The notes: generated from the letters alone by a model not told the origin. A stretch of DNA of 60,149 nucleotides, filler included, from 6 parts of 6 records of this genome joined end to end with filler, not necessarily neighbours in it; one strand, 5' to 3'; positions 1 through 10,948 are shown, counted from the whole stretch's first letter. Numbers and translations: made by a program.

Positions 1-304
1 TTTTTGCAAATTTTCGGGGGTATCCTGAAACTTGTATCTGGGGGTATATCTTTTTAATTTAGTTTTTTGAGAGCATAGTATATTTCTTATTTACTACGTG
101 ATATGCAAGTTATTGATGACACTATAGCGGATTATTTCTCTGAAAATTAGTTTTTTGCAAATGGCAATCAACTCTTGTCATGAATAAAATAGTGACAGAT
201 CATTAAATTTGTTGAATGCTATTAAAAAATAGCATACAATAATAAAAGCGACAGGCTATCCAATTTATATTTTAAGATAGAGAGACAGATAATTTTGGAG
301 GATA

Positions 305-1630
305 ATGATGTTTCGCAAAATTAATTTGATTTTATTTCTTTTTTTAATGGCTGGGTTCATAAAGGCAGAAGAGAATAGTCTGCTGTTTAACACCAGTGAC
401 CATGGTGATCCGGGTGATAAAGCGACTGTTATCAAGAGTTGGAAACAGGTGATATTGGATCCGGATTATGGCGGGAACTGGATTGTTACCGGAGATGTAG
501 ATGGAGACGGCCAGGTAGATATTGTCAGTTGTGAAAATTATAACAAAGATGATGTGCATTATACCTCAACGGCTGTGGCGCAACGTCTGGATGGGAGTGT
601 CATCTGGCGCTGGGGTCAGCCGGATATCGGGCGCAAGGAATGGCATCATGATGTTGCCTGCCAGATTTATGATTGGGATGGTGATGGTCGGAATGAGGTA
701 ATTCTTCTCACAGAAGGTTTTCTTGTTGAACTGGATGGTAAGACCGGTAAAGAGAAGCGACGCATAGCGATAGAAAAAGAGGCGACGGATTGTCTGGTCT
801 TTGCGAATTTGTCAGGTAAGAAAAGAGCTACAGATGTCCTGGTGAAAACCCGTTATTCACAAATATGGGCGTATAATTATGAAGGACAGCTATTATGGAC
901 GGTCAAAAATCCCGGAGGATCACGAACAGCACATCAGGTACGGCCGTATGATATAGATAATGATGGTGTCGATGAGATCATGGCTGGTTATGCCATGCTT
1001 AATGCAAATGGTTCCGTACGATGGACGTTTCAGTCGGATAAAGTGGATTTGCAAAAGGGTCATCTGGATTGTATTCGATTGCTGAAAAAGGGGAATAGTC
1101 CGGAAGATTATCGTTTTGTTCTGACATGCTGTGGCGCAAGGAATATTGCCTGCATCAATGGTAATGGTAAAGCCATTTGGGAAAAGACAGGTGAGCATTT
1201 CGAGTCCATTCAGATTGGGACTATTTTTCCGGGACTGTCAGAGCCACAGGTGCTCGTTGATATTGATCATCGTCCGCAAGGTGAAAGCCCCTTATGGGTC
1301 ATCAATAGCCAGGGTAAACAGCTTGGACAAATCATGTCCGATTATTGCCGACACCATGGATTACTGGATTGGACAGGTGATGGTTTTGACGAGATCTTTA
1401 TCGCTGACGCGCATGGTATTTTTGATCGATATGGAAAACGAATTGTCACCCTGGATACAGGTGCTTCAGGTATATCCCTTTTATTTGGAGATATGACAGG
1501 TGACCAGGTGTCTGATGTGACCATATTAACCACAAAACCAGAGGTTGTTCATATTTTTAAGAATGAAAAAGGACAAAAGGATCCTCTTCTGGATTTCATG
1601 GGATGCGGAGTGAATTATACATTTTATTAA
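305..1630 (+). CDS. Secreted FG-GAP/VCBS-repeat beta-propeller protein, possibly related to PL11 rhamnogalacturonan lyases
   Basis: N-terminal signal peptide; five DxDGDG-type Ca-binding loops (GDVDGDGQVDI, YDWDGDGRNEV, YDIDNDGVDEI, DWTGDGFDEI, GDMTGDQVSDV). Confidence 0.7.
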   Translation: MMFRKINLILFLFLMAGFIKAEENSLLFNTSDHGDPGDKATVIKSWKQVILDPDYGGNWIVTGDVDGDGQVDIVSCENYNKDDVHYTSTAVAQRLDGSVIWRWGQPDIGRKEWHHDVACQIYDWDGDGRNEVILLTEGFLVELDGKTGKEKRRIAIEKEATDCLVFANLSGKKRATDVLVKTRYSQIWAYNYEGQLLWTVKNPGGSRTAHQVRPYDIDNDGVDEIMAGYAMLNANGSVRWTFQSDKVDLQKGHLDCIRLLKKGNSPEDYRFVLTCCGARNIACINGNGKAIWEKTGEHFESIQIGTIFPGLSEPQVLVDIDHRPQGESPLWVINSQGKQLGQIMSDYCRHHGLLDWTGDGFDEIFIADAHGIFDRYGKRIVTLDTGASGISLLFGDMTGDQVSDVTILTTKPEVVHIFKNEKGQKDPLLDFMGCGVNYTFY

Positions 1631-1741
1631 TAGAGAGTTTTATAAAACATGCATAAATATTAGAGGATTTCTGCGCAAGGATAATGGGGAACAGATTCGA
1701 TGTTTTTTTCAACTAGTATAGAGCAAAAGCGGGTGACCTTT

Positions 1742-3532
1742 ATGAAAAAGCATAAATTACGATTTTACGTGATTCGGACTTTGATTTTCTTTATTTTTTT
1801 AATTGGTTTACTGTTTTATTTTCTCGTTGTTTTGCCATTCTGGGGTATACCTTTTAACGCACAACGCCATACTAATGTACCACTCACTCCTGCCTGGGCA
1901 TTAGAGTGCTGGTTATGGGAGGATGATCACAATACAGCGGAATTTGTCGATGAGATTCTGCAGGGCTATAAAGATCATGACATTCCTGTTAGGACCCTAC
2001 TGATTGACAGTCCCTGGAGCACGCGATATAATGATTTTAACGTGGATGTCAGCAGATATCCGGATCCGGATAAATGGTTTACCAGATTGCAGGATGACGG
2101 CTATCGGGTTGTGCTGTGGATGACGTGCATGGTTGATAGTTTTAGTAAAGATACGCAGATCAGGAATTCCGGCACGTGGTTTAAGGAAGCGAAACAAAAA
2201 GGATTTCTAGCCGGTAATGGCTACCAGATGCGTTGGTGGAAGGGGAGAGGCGGCTTTATTGATTACACAAATCCGGATGCTTTGAACTGGTGGCAGAATA
2301 TGCAGGAGAACCTTCTGGATTATGGCATTGACGGCTGGAAGCTGGACGGAACAGCCACGTTTTTTTCAAGCAGGTTTGGAAAACTCCCCATACCATATCA
2401 ACGCACATTTGCTGGATGGAAAACAACCCGGCAGTACATGGATCTGTATTACCGGAAGGAATATGAATACGGTAAAACCCGGAATCCGGAATTCATCACG
2501 CTCTCACGATCTATTGATCGTCTTTATGCTCATCCGGAAGGTTTTGCCCCGCTGGACGCTTCACCTGTTAACTGGGTGGGTGATCAGCATCATACCTGGA
2601 AAACCGGTCTGGACGAAATGAGAGAAGGTAAACCTGGTAAAGATCTTATGAGAACGGGGATTGGAGGAATCGAGGATGCACTGCATCATATTCTTCAAAG
2701 CGCAAAATTAGGCTATTGCGTGGTAGGTTCTGATGTTGGTGGATTTAGTGGTTCGACCATTCCACCGCGTTTATATATTCGCTGGGCCCAGTTTTCTGCT
2801 TTTTGTGGATTGTTTATGAATGGTGGTCACGGTGAACGACGCTTGTGGAAACGCAGTCAGCAGGAGCTGGATATCATTCGCACATTCTCCTGGCTGCATA
2901 CGGAACTGGTTCTGTATATGTACAGCCATGTTGTTCTTTGTCATCGCGGTGGTAAACCATTGCAACGGCCACAAAAAGGCAAATACCACTATCTTTTCGG
3001 AGATGATTTTCTAGTGGCTCCAATTTACCAGGATTCAAAGAGAAACCAGGTCACTTTACCTAAAGGGCAGTGGCGGTATTTCTTTGATGATGATATTGTT
3101 ATAGATGGACCAACAACAATCGAGTCTGATTTTCCGTTGGATGAGTATCCTGTTTATATTCGTCAGGGAGCTATTGTGCCTTTGAATATTAAACGTGCTT
3201 ATACCGGGCTTGGGGATGAGAATTCAGAAGGTTTTGTCACCTGGCTCATTTATCCCGGGACAACAGATACATTTACACTCTACAATCCGGACTCATCCGG
3301 TTCGACAACAGTAAAAGTGTCTTCTATGGAAAACAATATAAATATTCATATTCAAGGCGTCAAAAAACCGCATATTCTTCGAATTAAGATGCCCAAAAAA
3401 CCGGCAGCTGTTGTACTGGATGAAAAGAATCTGCGAGAAGATGTAGATTGGCACTATATTGCTGAAGAAAAAAGACTTGTTATAAAAACTGAAAATTACC
3501 AATCGGGACATTATAATATCAAGTTACTTTAA
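1742..3532 (+). CDS. Glycoside hydrolase family 31 with N-terminal membrane anchor
   Basis: GIDGWKLDGT nucleophile motif, NWVGDQ acid/base, GSDVGGF, LYIRWAQFSAF, YLFGDDFLVAP; ATG at 1742 (MKKHKL) followed by a hydrophobic helix; the ORF track starts at 1700. Confidence 0.88.
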   Translation: MKKHKLRFYVIRTLIFFIFLIGLLFYFLVVLPFWGIPFNAQRHTNVPLTPAWALECWLWEDDHNTAEFVDEILQGYKDHDIPVRTLLIDSPWSTRYNDFNVDVSRYPDPDKWFTRLQDDGYRVVLWMTCMVDSFSKDTQIRNSGTWFKEAKQKGFLAGNGYQMRWWKGRGGFIDYTNPDALNWWQNMQENLLDYGIDGWKLDGTATFFSSRFGKLPIPYQRTFAGWKTTRQYMDLYYRKEYEYGKTRNPEFITLSRSIDRLYAHPEGFAPLDASPVNWVGDQHHTWKTGLDEMREGKPGKDLMRTGIGGIEDALHHILQSAKLGYCVVGSDVGGFSGSTIPPRLYIRWAQFSAFCGLFMNGGHGERRLWKRSQQELDIIRTFSWLHTELVLYMYSHVVLCHRGGKPLQRPQKGKYHYLFGDDFLVAPIYQDSKRNQVTLPKGQWRYFFDDDIVIDGPTTIESDFPLDEYPVYIRQGAIVPLNIKRAYTGLGDENSEGFVTWLIYPGTTDTFTLYNPDSSGSTTVKVSSMENNINIHIQGVKKPHILRIKMPKKPAAVVLDEKNLREDVDWHYIAEEKRLVIKTENYQSGHYNIKLL

Positions 3533-3598
3533 TAATTCCAGAATAAGGAGTAAAGTGTTCTCTTTGATTTTAAATGTGTCCGGAAATTCGGTTTTCGC

Positions 3599-3626
3599 TT
3601 GATTATTTCCAGAAATTGGCTATATT
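3599..3626 (+). promoter_or_regulatory. Putative sigma70 promoter of pgk
   Basis: TTGATT-N16-TATATT about 55 bp upstream of the start codon. Confidence 0.4.
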
Positions 3627-3681
3627 GAGCTAATTTAATAAGTAAAGCTTTTATAACTGAAAAAATAAATGGCGGAGTAAC

Positions 3682-4908
3682 ATGAATAAAATTACGATTG
3701 ATGACCTTGATTTAAAGGGCAAACGCGTGCTCATGCGTGTTGATTTTAATGTGCCTTTGACAGTAGATAAAAAAGTAGGGGATGATAAAAGATTAGTGGC
3801 TGCGTTGCCTTCCATTAAAAAAGTTGTAGAGAGTGGTGGCAAAGCGATTCTCATGTCACATTTGGGACGCCCAAAAGGTAAAGTCAAACCGGAATTTTCG
3901 CTTGAACCTGTGTCTGAGCACCTAAGCACATTGCTTGACAAACCCGTTGCTTTTGCACCGGATTGCGTTGGTGAACAAGTAGAAAAAATGGTTGCAGACA
4001 TGCAGGATGGTGATGTATTACTGCTGGAAAACCTTCGTTTTCATCCTGAAGAAGAAGGAAAAAAAGATGGCGAAAAGATGAGTGCTGAAGATCGTTCCTG
4101 GTTTATTGACGGTCTGGCAAAATTGGCTGATCTTTACGTGGACGATGCTTTTGGAACAGCTCACCGCGCACATGCTTCCATGGCTGGTGTTCCGGAAAAA
4201 CTGGGACAGGGAGCCGCAGGTTATTTATTGAAAAAGGAATTGGAATATTTTGCCAAAGTGTTTGATAATCCGGAAAAGCCTCTTCTCGCGATCCTGGGTG
4301 GCGCAAAAGTGAGTGACAAGATTCTGGTTATCGATAACTTGCTGAATAAAGTGGACAGCCTGATGATCGGTGGAGCCATGGCCTATACTTTTTTGAAGGC
4401 AAAAGGTGTAAATATCGGCACATCCCGGGTTGAGGAAGACTTTGTAGAGAAAGCCAAAGGCTATATTGAAACAGCGAGAGAAAAGAATGTCACGTTGCTG
4501 TTGCCAGTTGATCACATTATTGCTGCGGAGTTTCCTGCAGATGGTAAACAGGTTGAAAGTAAAGTGACCGAAGGTGAAGAGATTGAAGATGGATTTATGG
4601 GACTGGATATTGGTCCAGAGTCAATCAAATTGTTTACCGATGAAGTGAAAAAATCCAAAACCATTGTCTGGAATGGCCCAATGGGTGTTTTTGAAGTTAC
4701 AGGTTTTGAAAAAGGAACTTATACTTTAGCTGAAACATTGGCATTAAGCGATGCTGTCACAGTTGTTGGTGGTGGTGATTCAGCCAGTGCAGCAAAAAAA
4801 TCCGGATATGGCGAGAAATTCAGTCATATATCAACCGGTGGCGGAGCCAGCCTTGAGTTGATGGAAGGAAAACTTTTGCCAGGTGTTGCCGCTTTAACAG
4901 ATAAATAG
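3682..4908 (+). CDS. pgk: Phosphoglycerate kinase
   Basis: [64 protein letters not shown]. Confidence 0.99.
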   Translation: MNKITIDDLDLKGKRVLMRVDFNVPLTVDKKVGDDKRLVAALPSIKKVVESGGKAILMSHLGRPKGKVKPEFSLEPVSEHLSTLLDKPVAFAPDCVGEQVEKMVADMQDGDVLLLENLRFHPEEEGKKDGEKMSAEDRSWFIDGLAKLADLYVDDAFGTAHRAHASMAGVPEKLGQGAAGYLLKKELEYFAKVFDNPEKPLLAILGGAKVSDKILVIDNLLNKVDSLMIGGAMAYTFLKAKGVNIGTSRVEEDFVEKAKGYIETAREKNVTLLLPVDHIIAAEFPADGKQVESKVTEGEEIEDGFMGLDIGPESIKLFTDEVKKSKTIVWNGPMGVFEVTGFEKGTYTLAETLALSDAVTVVGGGDSASAAKKSGYGEKFSHISTGGGASLELMEGKLLPGVAALTDK

Positions 4909-4927
4909 TTTTCATGAAAAATGAAAG

Positions 4928-4960
4928 AGTCCGGCTGGATTTTCTGGTCGGACTTTTTTT
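4928..4960 (+). terminator. Rho-independent terminator after pgk
   Basis: AGTCCGGCTGGA..TCTGGTCGGACT imperfect stem followed by a T run. Confidence 0.7.
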
Positions 4961-5140
4961 CTTCATTTACAAACTGAGTAGACAAGACTAGGTAATGGAA
5001 TTAAAATCACAGGATTCATATTGTTAATTCGTCAGCTATACACCTGTTTGTTTATCCATTCTTTATAAATCCTGAGTTAATAAATAAAATATCCGGCATT
5101 ATCCTCGATCAAATTAATTGATATTTTTCTGAAAAAAGGT

Positions 5141-5212
5141 TTGCATTTGCAGGGACAATAGATTATTATAATTGACATAGTAATTGAATTATAACTTTTC
5201 ACTTTTGTGAAA
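5141..5212 (+). promoter_or_regulatory. Putative nagB promoter and operator palindrome
   Basis: TTGCAT-N17-TATTAT (5141-5169); downstream inverted repeat TTTCAC-TTTT-GTGAAA (5197-5212). Confidence 0.4.
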
Positions 5213-5311
5213 GAAATATAACTATTCGAATTTAATTACTCAAGATTACCGCTCTTTATTGTTAATTGTATCATGATTTTGAAATAAATCAAACAGGAAA
5301 GGCTTTGATTC

Positions 5312-6103
5312 ATGGAAGTTGTTATTACCAAAGACTATGAAGAAATGAGTGCTATAGCCGCTGATATGATCGCCAAAGATATAAAAAAGAAACATGATCT
5401 GGTTTTAGGATTAGCTACCGGTAACAGTCCTCTGGGCGTTTATAAGGAGCTGGTGAAAAAACATAAAAAAGAAGGTCTGGATTTTTCAAAAGTGATAACC
5501 TTTAATCTGGATGAATATGTTGGTCTTGATCCTTTACATAAAAACAGTTACAATTTTTTTATGCACGATAATCTTTTCAAACACATAAATGTCAATCCAG
5601 GTAATATTTATATACCTCAGGGTAATACAGAGGATCCAGAGGAATTCAGTCAATGGTATGAAGGTAAAATGAAACAGGCGGGTGGTATCGATCTTCAGCT
5701 TCTCGGGATTGGTTCTGATGGCCATATCGCGTTTAATGAGCCAGGATCCTCTTTTGCAAGCCGTACAAGAGTTAAAACCTTGTTTGAACAAACTATAAAA
5801 GATAATGCCCGATTTTTTGAAGGGGAAGAGGTACCTCGATTTGCCATCACTATGGGTGTTGGTACTATTCTTGAATCAAAAAAGATATTATTGATAGCAA
5901 ACGGCAAAAATAAAGCTGAATCCTGTGCTCAGTTTATTGAAGGACCTATTACCAGTCAGGTAACGGCTTCAGCTTTGCAACTTCATGGTAATGTTACTGT
6001 TGTATTGGATGAAGATGCTGCGGCACATCTTAAACGAAAAGATTATTATAACTGGGTTCGGGATAATAAACACCTGGTTCAGAAAACTGTGGGCCTCTTA
6101 TAA
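5312..6103 (+). CDS. nagB: Glucosamine-6-phosphate deaminase
   Basis: VLGLATGNSP, TFNLDEYVGL, LLGIGSDGHIAFNEPGSS, AITMGVGTI, ASALQLH. Confidence 0.97.
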   Translation: MEVVITKDYEEMSAIAADMIAKDIKKKHDLVLGLATGNSPLGVYKELVKKHKKEGLDFSKVITFNLDEYVGLDPLHKNSYNFFMHDNLFKHINVNPGNIYIPQGNTEDPEEFSQWYEGKMKQAGGIDLQLLGIGSDGHIAFNEPGSSFASRTRVKTLFEQTIKDNARFFEGEEVPRFAITMGVGTILESKKILLIANGKNKAESCAQFIEGPITSQVTASALQLHGNVTVVLDEDAAAHLKRKDYYNWVRDNKHLVQKTVGLL

Positions 6104-6205
6104 TCCCGTCAATAAAGGTCACAGATTTAATGTGTATTACTCGAGAAATAAGTACAAAAATACTACACAAATTTATAAAGGATTACAAGAATACTGATTT
6201 AAATA

Positions 6206-9031
6206 ATGAAAAAAGAACTCATGACCTATTTTGATCGACATCCTAATTCGTTTCGCCTATTCTATATTTTATTTACCACCTATTTATTAAGTATGGCGGC
6301 CTTTAATTTATTCCGTTTTGCCGGTTCTTCATCAGATGAGAACCTGTTTGCAAATTCGCCTTCCAGAATATATGTCGTCAAAACCTTCCATTCAGGCAAC
6401 AACGCAGATACACAAGATGATAATTCATTAAAACAGAGGAAAAGTCGACCAGACTCTTTATATGTAGGCGATTTGGTAATTTCGGCGAACGGTCGTGATC
6501 TTACCACTCTTGCGGATTTTCACGACATAATCAGGCAAAAGCCACAGGATTCCATTCTGAACATAAAGGTATTTCGGTCTGTAGAAAATAAAATTTACAA
6601 TTACCGCACTGCGATTTCAACGTGGCCCGATAGTTCTTTACATGAACTCCCGCCAACAGCCTGTGTCCTTAGAGTCAATCGGGGTGGCGCTTCTTACCGT
6701 GCTGGTATGGAAAAAGGTGACTTGATTCTCAAAATTAACGGTCAGAGTTTCGAGAATTCAAACGAAGCAGATCTCATTTTACGTCGTGCACAAATAGGTA
6801 AGACAATAGACTATGAAGTGCTGCGAAGAAACCAAAAGAAGACTCTCAAGGTCACGTTGGCCAAGTATAATATTCATTTCTCTATTATTGTTTTGTTGAT
6901 TTCAAGTCTGGTTTTTATGTCAGTTGGATCATTTTTGGCGTTAAAACGGCCACAGTTTAAAGCAGCGAGAATGATAAGTCTTTCTTTGCTTATGTTTGGT
7001 TTCTGTTTTTCTGTTTTGGCGACTCAACGCGATGTAACCATGGATCTATTTGCCAGAGTACGAAATTTAACTATGAGTACCAGTTTCTTTTTGGCTCTCG
7101 CCTTGGCTCTGGATACCCGATGTTATTTCCCCATGGAAAGACCTGAAATTGCGAAAAACAAAAAAGTTCGCTCTATACTATATGCCATTGCGATTTTATC
7201 AGCTATTGTCGTACTTGTCATTGATCAGGACGGACTTTATTTACTTGTATCACTTTTTTTATTATTTCTCTATCACGGATTTATTCGGTTTATATTTCGC
7301 AAACAAAACACGGCTGATTCCAAAAAAGCAAGTCGGAAATTCAATCTGGCTATCACAGTAGCCATTTCCATGTCTATAATAATGGGCGTTATATTCAGTT
7401 ATACTCAGAACCTGTTATACTTTGGGTATATAGGGATTCCTCTTGTTTTTATTCCATTAATCTATCTTTTTACAATAGGACGCTATAATCTGTTTGATCT
7501 TGATCTGAGGATTCGCAGAAATATCCAATATATAATCGCTACGTCAATTTGGACCGTATTATTATTCCTGATTTATATAAATATCCTCTTTGCACTGCCT
7601 AAAATTGAGTTTAACCTGCCGAATATTCGTTTCACGGATTCTGCTATAGAGGTCATTGATTCTCCGTTACTCCCAATACAAAAAGATGTTGCAGAAAAAA
7701 GCATTTTAATGATTTTCGCCATAGCATTAACAACTGTTTTTTGGAAACTGGGTAAAAAAGGGCAGGAGATAATTAATGAAAAATTCTATCGTGGACAATA
7801 TGATTATCGTCGTGCAGCCAGTGTGTTGGCTGAAGTAATGGCAACGAATTTAAATATGATGGACCTTGCGCGTGGCCTTGTGCAAAAATTAGCAGCTCTC
7901 ATGCATTTGGATCGCGTGGGTGTATTGTTTTTTCGTAATCAAAAGATCTGCTGTTGTCAGGAAGCATTTGGTTTTGATGGTCAGGTATGGAATGAATTCT
8001 GCGTGAAAACGAACCAGGAGTTATTGCATGTTTTATCTAAAGGTCATAGCGATTCCAGATATAATGTAGAGTATTTTCCTGATGAATTAAAACTGGATTT
8101 TAAACAGCATGGATTCCAACATGTGCTTGCCATTCGATCAAAAGAGAAACTTTTGGGTACTTTGTTAATAGGTGGTAAACTTGCAGAAACGCCATTTGAT
8201 AAAGAAGATCTTGAGTTTTTGACTGCAACAGCCAAACAAACATCTGTAGCGATCGAGAATGCATTTTTGTATGAGGAACTGGCTGAACAAGAACGCTTAA
8301 AACATGAATTGGGTATTGCGAGGCGCATTCAATTAGGATCCTTACCTCAAAAGACGCCGCACATGGATGGACTGGATATTTCAGGATTGTCAATTCCAGC
8401 CACAGAAGTTGGTGGTGATTATTTTGACTATTTAACGAATGATTCTCATAAAATGACTATAATCATTGGTGATGTAAGTGGAAAAGGAATTTCTGCTGCA
8501 TTGTATATGTCAAAAGTGCAGGGTATCCTAAGGTCTGTTCACCGTTTTCACCTGAAGCCAGGGGAGCTCTTTATTCGTGCCAATGAAATATTGTGTCAGG
8601 ATTTGGAAAAGAATTACTTTGTAACAGCCCTTGGTGCGTGTTTTGATGCAACCACCCAGACTGTTGTTCTGGCTCGTGCCGGACACTTGCCATTGTACTT
8701 TTTTAATAAAAGTACCCGAACAATAGAGAAATTGACCCCAAAAGGAATTGGTCTTGGTTTGGAACAAAACGGTATTTTTGAAAAAGAACTTGAGGAGAAA
8801 AGTATCCCTTATAAATCTGGCGATGTTTTCCTCTTTGTGACCGATGGATTAACAGAAGCACTTGATGAACATGGTAATGAATTCGGTGAGGATAATTTTG
8901 AGACAATAACGGAATACAATACAAATTCAGCCGATTTTATACGTGATAAGATTCTGAACCAGGTTAAAAGTTTTACCCGGAACAGAGCTCAACATGATGA
9001 TCAAACAATTGTTGTAGTTAAAGCGATATAA
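6206..9031 (+). CDS. Membrane sensor phosphatase: two PDZ-like domains, multi-TM region, GAF and PP2C/SpoIIE (RsbU-like)
   Basis: VGDLVISANG and AGMEKGDLILKING (PDZ); many hydrophobic helices; GAF ending VAIENAFLY; PP2C motifs EVGGDYFD, IGDVSGKG, RAGH, TDGLTEA, HDDQT. Confidence 0.9.
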   Translation: MKKELMTYFDRHPNSFRLFYILFTTYLLSMAAFNLFRFAGSSSDENLFANSPSRIYVVKTFHSGNNADTQDDNSLKQRKSRPDSLYVGDLVISANGRDLTTLADFHDIIRQKPQDSILNIKVFRSVENKIYNYRTAISTWPDSSLHELPPTACVLRVNRGGASYRAGMEKGDLILKINGQSFENSNEADLILRRAQIGKTIDYEVLRRNQKKTLKVTLAKYNIHFSIIVLLISSLVFMSVGSFLALKRPQFKAARMISLSLLMFGFCFSVLATQRDVTMDLFARVRNLTMSTSFFLALALALDTRCYFPMERPEIAKNKKVRSILYAIAILSAIVVLVIDQDGLYLLVSLFLLFLYHGFIRFIFRKQNTADSKKASRKFNLAITVAISMSIIMGVIFSYTQNLLYFGYIGIPLVFIPLIYLFTIGRYNLFDLDLRIRRNIQYIIATSIWTVLLFLIYINILFALPKIEFNLPNIRFTDSAIEVIDSPLLPIQKDVAEKSILMIFAIALTTVFWKLGKKGQEIINEKFYRGQYDYRRAASVLAEVMATNLNMMDLARGLVQKLAALMHLDRVGVLFFRNQKICCCQEAFGFDGQVWNEFCVKTNQELLHVLSKGHSDSRYNVEYFPDELKLDFKQHGFQHVLAIRSKEKLLGTLLIGGKLAETPFDKEDLEFLTATAKQTSVAIENAFLYEELAEQERLKHELGIARRIQLGSLPQKTPHMDGLDISGLSIPATEVGGDYFDYLTNDSHKMTIIIGDVSGKGISAALYMSKVQGILRSVHRFHLKPGELFIRANEILCQDLEKNYFVTALGACFDATTQTVVLARAGHLPLYFFNKSTRTIEKLTPKGIGLGLEQNGIFEKELEEKSIPYKSGDVFLFVTDGLTEALDEHGNEFGEDNFETITEYNTNSADFIRDKILNQVKSFTRNRAQHDDQTIVVVKAI

Positions 9032-9110
9032 ATTCCTTTCGACTATTCATGTAAATCCTACAAGGTAAAAATGGAGCATAGTAATCCAATTATTCATTCG
9101 GAGGTCTGAT

Positions 9111-10265
9111 ATGAAAGCGGATCCTTTTGCCAGGCGTATGACATTTGTCTTATTACTGACAGTATGCGTGTTCGTCACTCTTTTCAATTCAGGATTTAGC
9201 CAATCAAGAGCAAGATCGGATATAAAAATACCAGATATTCCCGGGTATCTAACATTGAAATGTGATTTTCACACCCATACGGTTTTTTCTGACGGGAGTG
9301 TTTGGCCCACAATACGTGCTGCAGAAGCATGGAGAGAGGGACTTGATGCTTTTTCAATAACAGATCATATAGAATATCTGCCTCATAAGCAGGATATGAC
9401 AAATGATTTTAACAGACCCTTTGAAATAGCTCGTTCGACGGCAAAAGACCTGGATCTTCTTTTTATGAAAGGTGCCGAAATAACCCGCGGTATGCCACCA
9501 GGTCATATAAATTGTATCTTTTTGCAGGATGTAAATCCACTGGATACAGAAAATGTCAATGATGCCATAAAAGCGGCTATAGATCAGGAGGCTTTTGTTT
9601 TCTGGAATCATCCAGGATGGCGCCAACCAGAGGGAAAATCGATCTGGTATGATGAACATACTGAACTCTATGAAAAGGGATGGATGCACGGGATAGAAGT
9701 TGTTAACGGTAATACATATTATCCAGAGGCTCATTTATGGTGTTTGGAGAAGGGGCTTACTATGATGGCTTCTTCTGATATTCATAATCCAATGAATCTT
9801 GAAGTTGATTTTGCGAACGGCGAACATAGACCCATGACATTGGTATTTGCAAGTGACAGAACGAATGCTTCACTCAAGGATGCCCTTTTTGAGGGACGCA
9901 CGGCTGTATATTGGCAAAATAAAATTATCGGTAAAGAAGAGTATTTACTACCCCTTTTTCATAATTCTATCCACATTAAAAATACAAATGTGAGTGTAAA
10001 GGAAAATGAGTCGGTCAATGTTCAAATAAAGAATAACTCAGAAGTGAGTTTTGAGCTGGTTGCAAACGGGGATGCAAAAGGAGTTTCATTCCCTGAAAAT
10101 GTAACCTTGCATGCCGGAAAAACAGTTCTGTTACGGGTTAAAAATATGTCAAACAAACTCTCAGGCAAGAAAATGGTGAATCTTCCGTACACAGTAACTA
10201 ATATGTGGATTTTACCTGAAAAAGGTTTGAATGTCGATTTGAAAATATCACTGAATGTTAAATAA
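9111..10265 (+). CDS. Secreted PHP-family metallo-phosphoesterase with C-terminal Ig-like domain
   Basis: CDFHTHTVFSDG, ITDHIE, GAEITR, PGH, FWNHP, SSDIH; signal peptide. Confidence 0.85.
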   Translation: MKADPFARRMTFVLLLTVCVFVTLFNSGFSQSRARSDIKIPDIPGYLTLKCDFHTHTVFSDGSVWPTIRAAEAWREGLDAFSITDHIEYLPHKQDMTNDFNRPFEIARSTAKDLDLLFMKGAEITRGMPPGHINCIFLQDVNPLDTENVNDAIKAAIDQEAFVFWNHPGWRQPEGKSIWYDEHTELYEKGWMHGIEVVNGNTYYPEAHLWCLEKGLTMMASSDIHNPMNLEVDFANGEHRPMTLVFASDRTNASLKDALFEGRTAVYWQNKIIGKEEYLLPLFHNSIHIKNTNVSVKENESVNVQIKNNSEVSFELVANGDAKGVSFPENVTLHAGKTVLLRVKNMSNKLSGKKMVNLPYTVTNMWILPEKGLNVDLKISLNVK

Positions 10266-10470
10266 GCAAAAAAAATGTTAAACCGGGATTCTGACTTTCA
10301 GGTTCTGGGTTTGGAGCTTAACGCCCCCGCATCGTTCTTTGATAAGGGGGACAAGCTTATATTCTCAATATATTTAGAGGATAGTATCATAGGGGGATTT
10401 CAACGAAATCCGGGGAATGGCTGAGAGAGTCCTGCGTTAATAACAATATCCATTAAATGTTAAAAATAAC

Positions 10471-10530
10471 TTGCTTTTTTAAATTTAATTGATAAATTAT
10501 ATACAAATTGAAATATATAGATAACTATAT
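10471..10530 (+). promoter_or_regulatory. Putative promoter and ArsR operator
   Basis: TTGCTT-N16-TAAATT with extended -10 TG; perfect palindrome ATATAG-ATAA-CTATAT at 10515-10530. Confidence 0.5.
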
Positions 10531-10548
10531 GTGTTAGTAGATGTAATT

Positions 10549-10851
10549 ATGAATACAATAATAACAAAATTTGATCATGAAAAGTTGAATCAGGCTACGG
10601 AAATATTAAAGGCGATTGCTCATCCAATACGCATTAATATTATTGCGTTATTGGAAAATGGTAAAAAACTGACCGTAACTGAAATATTTGAAAAACTTGA
10701 TTTGGAGCAAGCTGTAGTATCGCATCATTTACGAATACTTAAGGATCGTGGTGTTTTAAAATATCGAAGAGAAGGAAAGAATATATATTATTATTTAAAA
10801 CATGATCAACTCATTCAAATTATTCAATGTGTAAGTGGCTGCTGCAATTAA
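10549..10851 (+). CDS. ArsR/SmtB family repressor with C-terminal CxxxCC
   Basis: LKAIAHPIRINII, VSHHLRILK, RREGKNIYYYL; ends QCVSGCCN; ATG at 10549 preferred over GTG at 10531. Confidence 0.93.
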   Translation: MNTIITKFDHEKLNQATEILKAIAHPIRINIIALLENGKKLTVTEIFEKLDLEQAVVSHHLRILKDRGVLKYRREGKNIYYYLKHDQLIQIIQCVSGCCN

Positions 10852-10948
10852 ATATATTTTTTTGCATTAAATATATAGAAATATAGATATGATAATAAGT
10901 ATATATATAATATGAATTTTAAGATAAAGAAGGAGAATTTTTATTAAA

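Noticed and set aside
10278-10440. GC-richer intergenic patch with an imperfect hairpin and CCCCC/GGGGG tracts, as a riboswitch or REP
   Set aside because: Single copy, weak pairing and no recognisable aptamer; at most a degenerate terminator or repeat
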